DNA of 64,000 nucleotides from contig CALRAM010000001.1 in NCBI GenBank assembly GCA_943353165.1, positions 173,803 through 237,802 on the forward strand. The letters are read 5' to 3'. The position numbers and the translations under genes are program-made. The notes under the pieces are model-generated. The model worked only from the letters and a program-made list of their open reading frames with translations. It was not told the origin of the DNA and ran no database searches. Positions 63,316 to 64,000 of the stretch are shown here, piece after piece. Origin of the DNA: an uncultured Candidatus Saccharimonas sp. (GTDB taxonomy: Bacteria; Patescibacteriota; Saccharimonadia; Saccharimonadales; OMJO01). Within the stretch, counting starts at the first letter, position 1. Every line of letters starts with the position of its first letter.

Positions 63316-64000
63316 AATTTTGTAAATTGTAGCTGGTAGCTAGGTAGCAGCGTAGCGGCCAACCCGTTTAGTTTTTGATGTTTTGCAATGTGCAAAGGTG
63401 CGTTCATGGCCTGCAGTAAATTGTCCGCAATAAAAACACCTGCACCTCCAGAAGAAGACATAAAAGGTAGCGGTTGTCGGGCACTCCCGCATAGTGCCCT
63501 AGCTCGGCGTAGCATCTCGTTATTAATACCTTTTTGATCTCCAAAAATACCAGCCTCTAAACCGTTGGACGTCTTATGGGTAGCCAGCAAAACTCTCTGG
63601 ATAGTTACCGGATTTTCCTGTGCCTGAATAAAGGCGTAAAGCAGCAATGTGTAGGCGATTTCTATATTTTTGCGATTGGCCATCACAGGAGCCTGCCTCC
63701 CACTAATGCTAACCTCTATCTGACAGTTGTAATCAGAAGCAACTTTTGACAAACGATGAGCCGTGTCTTGCAGAACAGCCGAAACCAAAATAGGTTCTAA
63801 TGGCAGTTGATCTTGAACAGGCAGAATACTCAGCAAATAACCATCTATCATCCTCAGCGCTATATCGGCCGTGCTAGAAATAGTGTTGCTCTGCTGAAAA
63901 GAAGGGCTAGTTCCAGCCTGCTCTGCTGTTCTAGCGATCTGTAGTAAAGGCAGCTTCAATTGCTCTGCCATAGCAATCAGCAAACGCTGTCTGGAGTCAA
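63312..64000 (-). CDS. Histidine-kinase-like protein lacking the H-box histidine (5' end outside window)
   Basis: The reading frame stays open to base 64000. An HATPase-like C-terminus is present (GDQKGI; GGAGVFIADNLL). The H-box position reads IAMAEQLKLPLLQI, with no His. Confidence 0.5.
   Translation of the reverse strand, partial: DSRQRLLIAMAEQLKLPLLQIARTAEQAGTSPSFQQSNTISSTADIALRMIDGYLLSILPVQDQLPLEPILVSAVLQDTAHRLSKVASDYNCQIEVSISGRQAPVMANRKNIEIAYTLLLYAFIQAQENPVTIQRVLLATHKTSNGLEAGIFGDQKGINNEMLRRARALCGSARQPLPFMSSSGGAGVFIADNLLQAMNAPLHIAKHQKLNGLAATLLPSYQLQFTKL

Overview
This is a 64-kb, very gene-dense bacterial chromosome segment using the standard code; most gene junctions are under 60 bp or overlap. 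All homology calls come from motifs I could read in the supplied translations, since no database search was possible.

Housekeeping genes recognised by motif: tatA/tatC, pyrH, xth, gltX, dinB, der, pth, dprA, topA, glyQS, recO, and a compact division/cell-wall cluster (mraZ-rsmH-ftsL-ftsI-mraY-ftsW-murG-ftsQ). There are three tRNAs: Ser-GGA, Leu-CAA and Glu-CUC.

The gene set suggests a reduced-genome CPR/Patescibacteria organism, possibly Saccharibacteria. This rests on many secreted or membrane-anchored Thr/Ser-rich proteins, three response regulators with no recognisable output domain, almost no metabolism, and actinobacterial-type WhiB-like and Pup-ligase-like genes. It is inference only.

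The accessory left arm (about 3.0-13.2 kb) carries two loci:
- A signal-peptide-less, phage-tail-fibre-like three-gene operon.
- A six-gene surface locus resembling the Firmicutes Csc/WxL + DUF916 cell-surface-complex clusters. Two tandem paralogs in it share a 229-bp segment that is 226/229 identical.

Five unusually long non-coding regions stand out against the compact background:
- A leader with mutually exclusive terminator and antiterminator/RBS-sequestering hairpins (29.3-29.5 kb).
- A roughly 205-nt promoter-to-terminator element in front of two paralogous mini-ORFs coupled to dinB (34.0-34.8 kb).
- A roughly 400-nt minus-strand structured RNA candidate of unrecognised class, with a near-consensus promoter, UUCG/GNRA tetraloops and a strong terminator (41.6-42.0 kb).
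- A 759-bp ORF-free region exactly where 16 kb of plus-strand genes meet 16.6 kb of minus-strand genes, carrying DnaA-box-like 9-mers (46.6-47.35 kb).
- A 360-nt A-rich mraZ-rsmH spacer.

No CRISPR array, rRNA, transposase, integrase or reverse transcriptase was seen.
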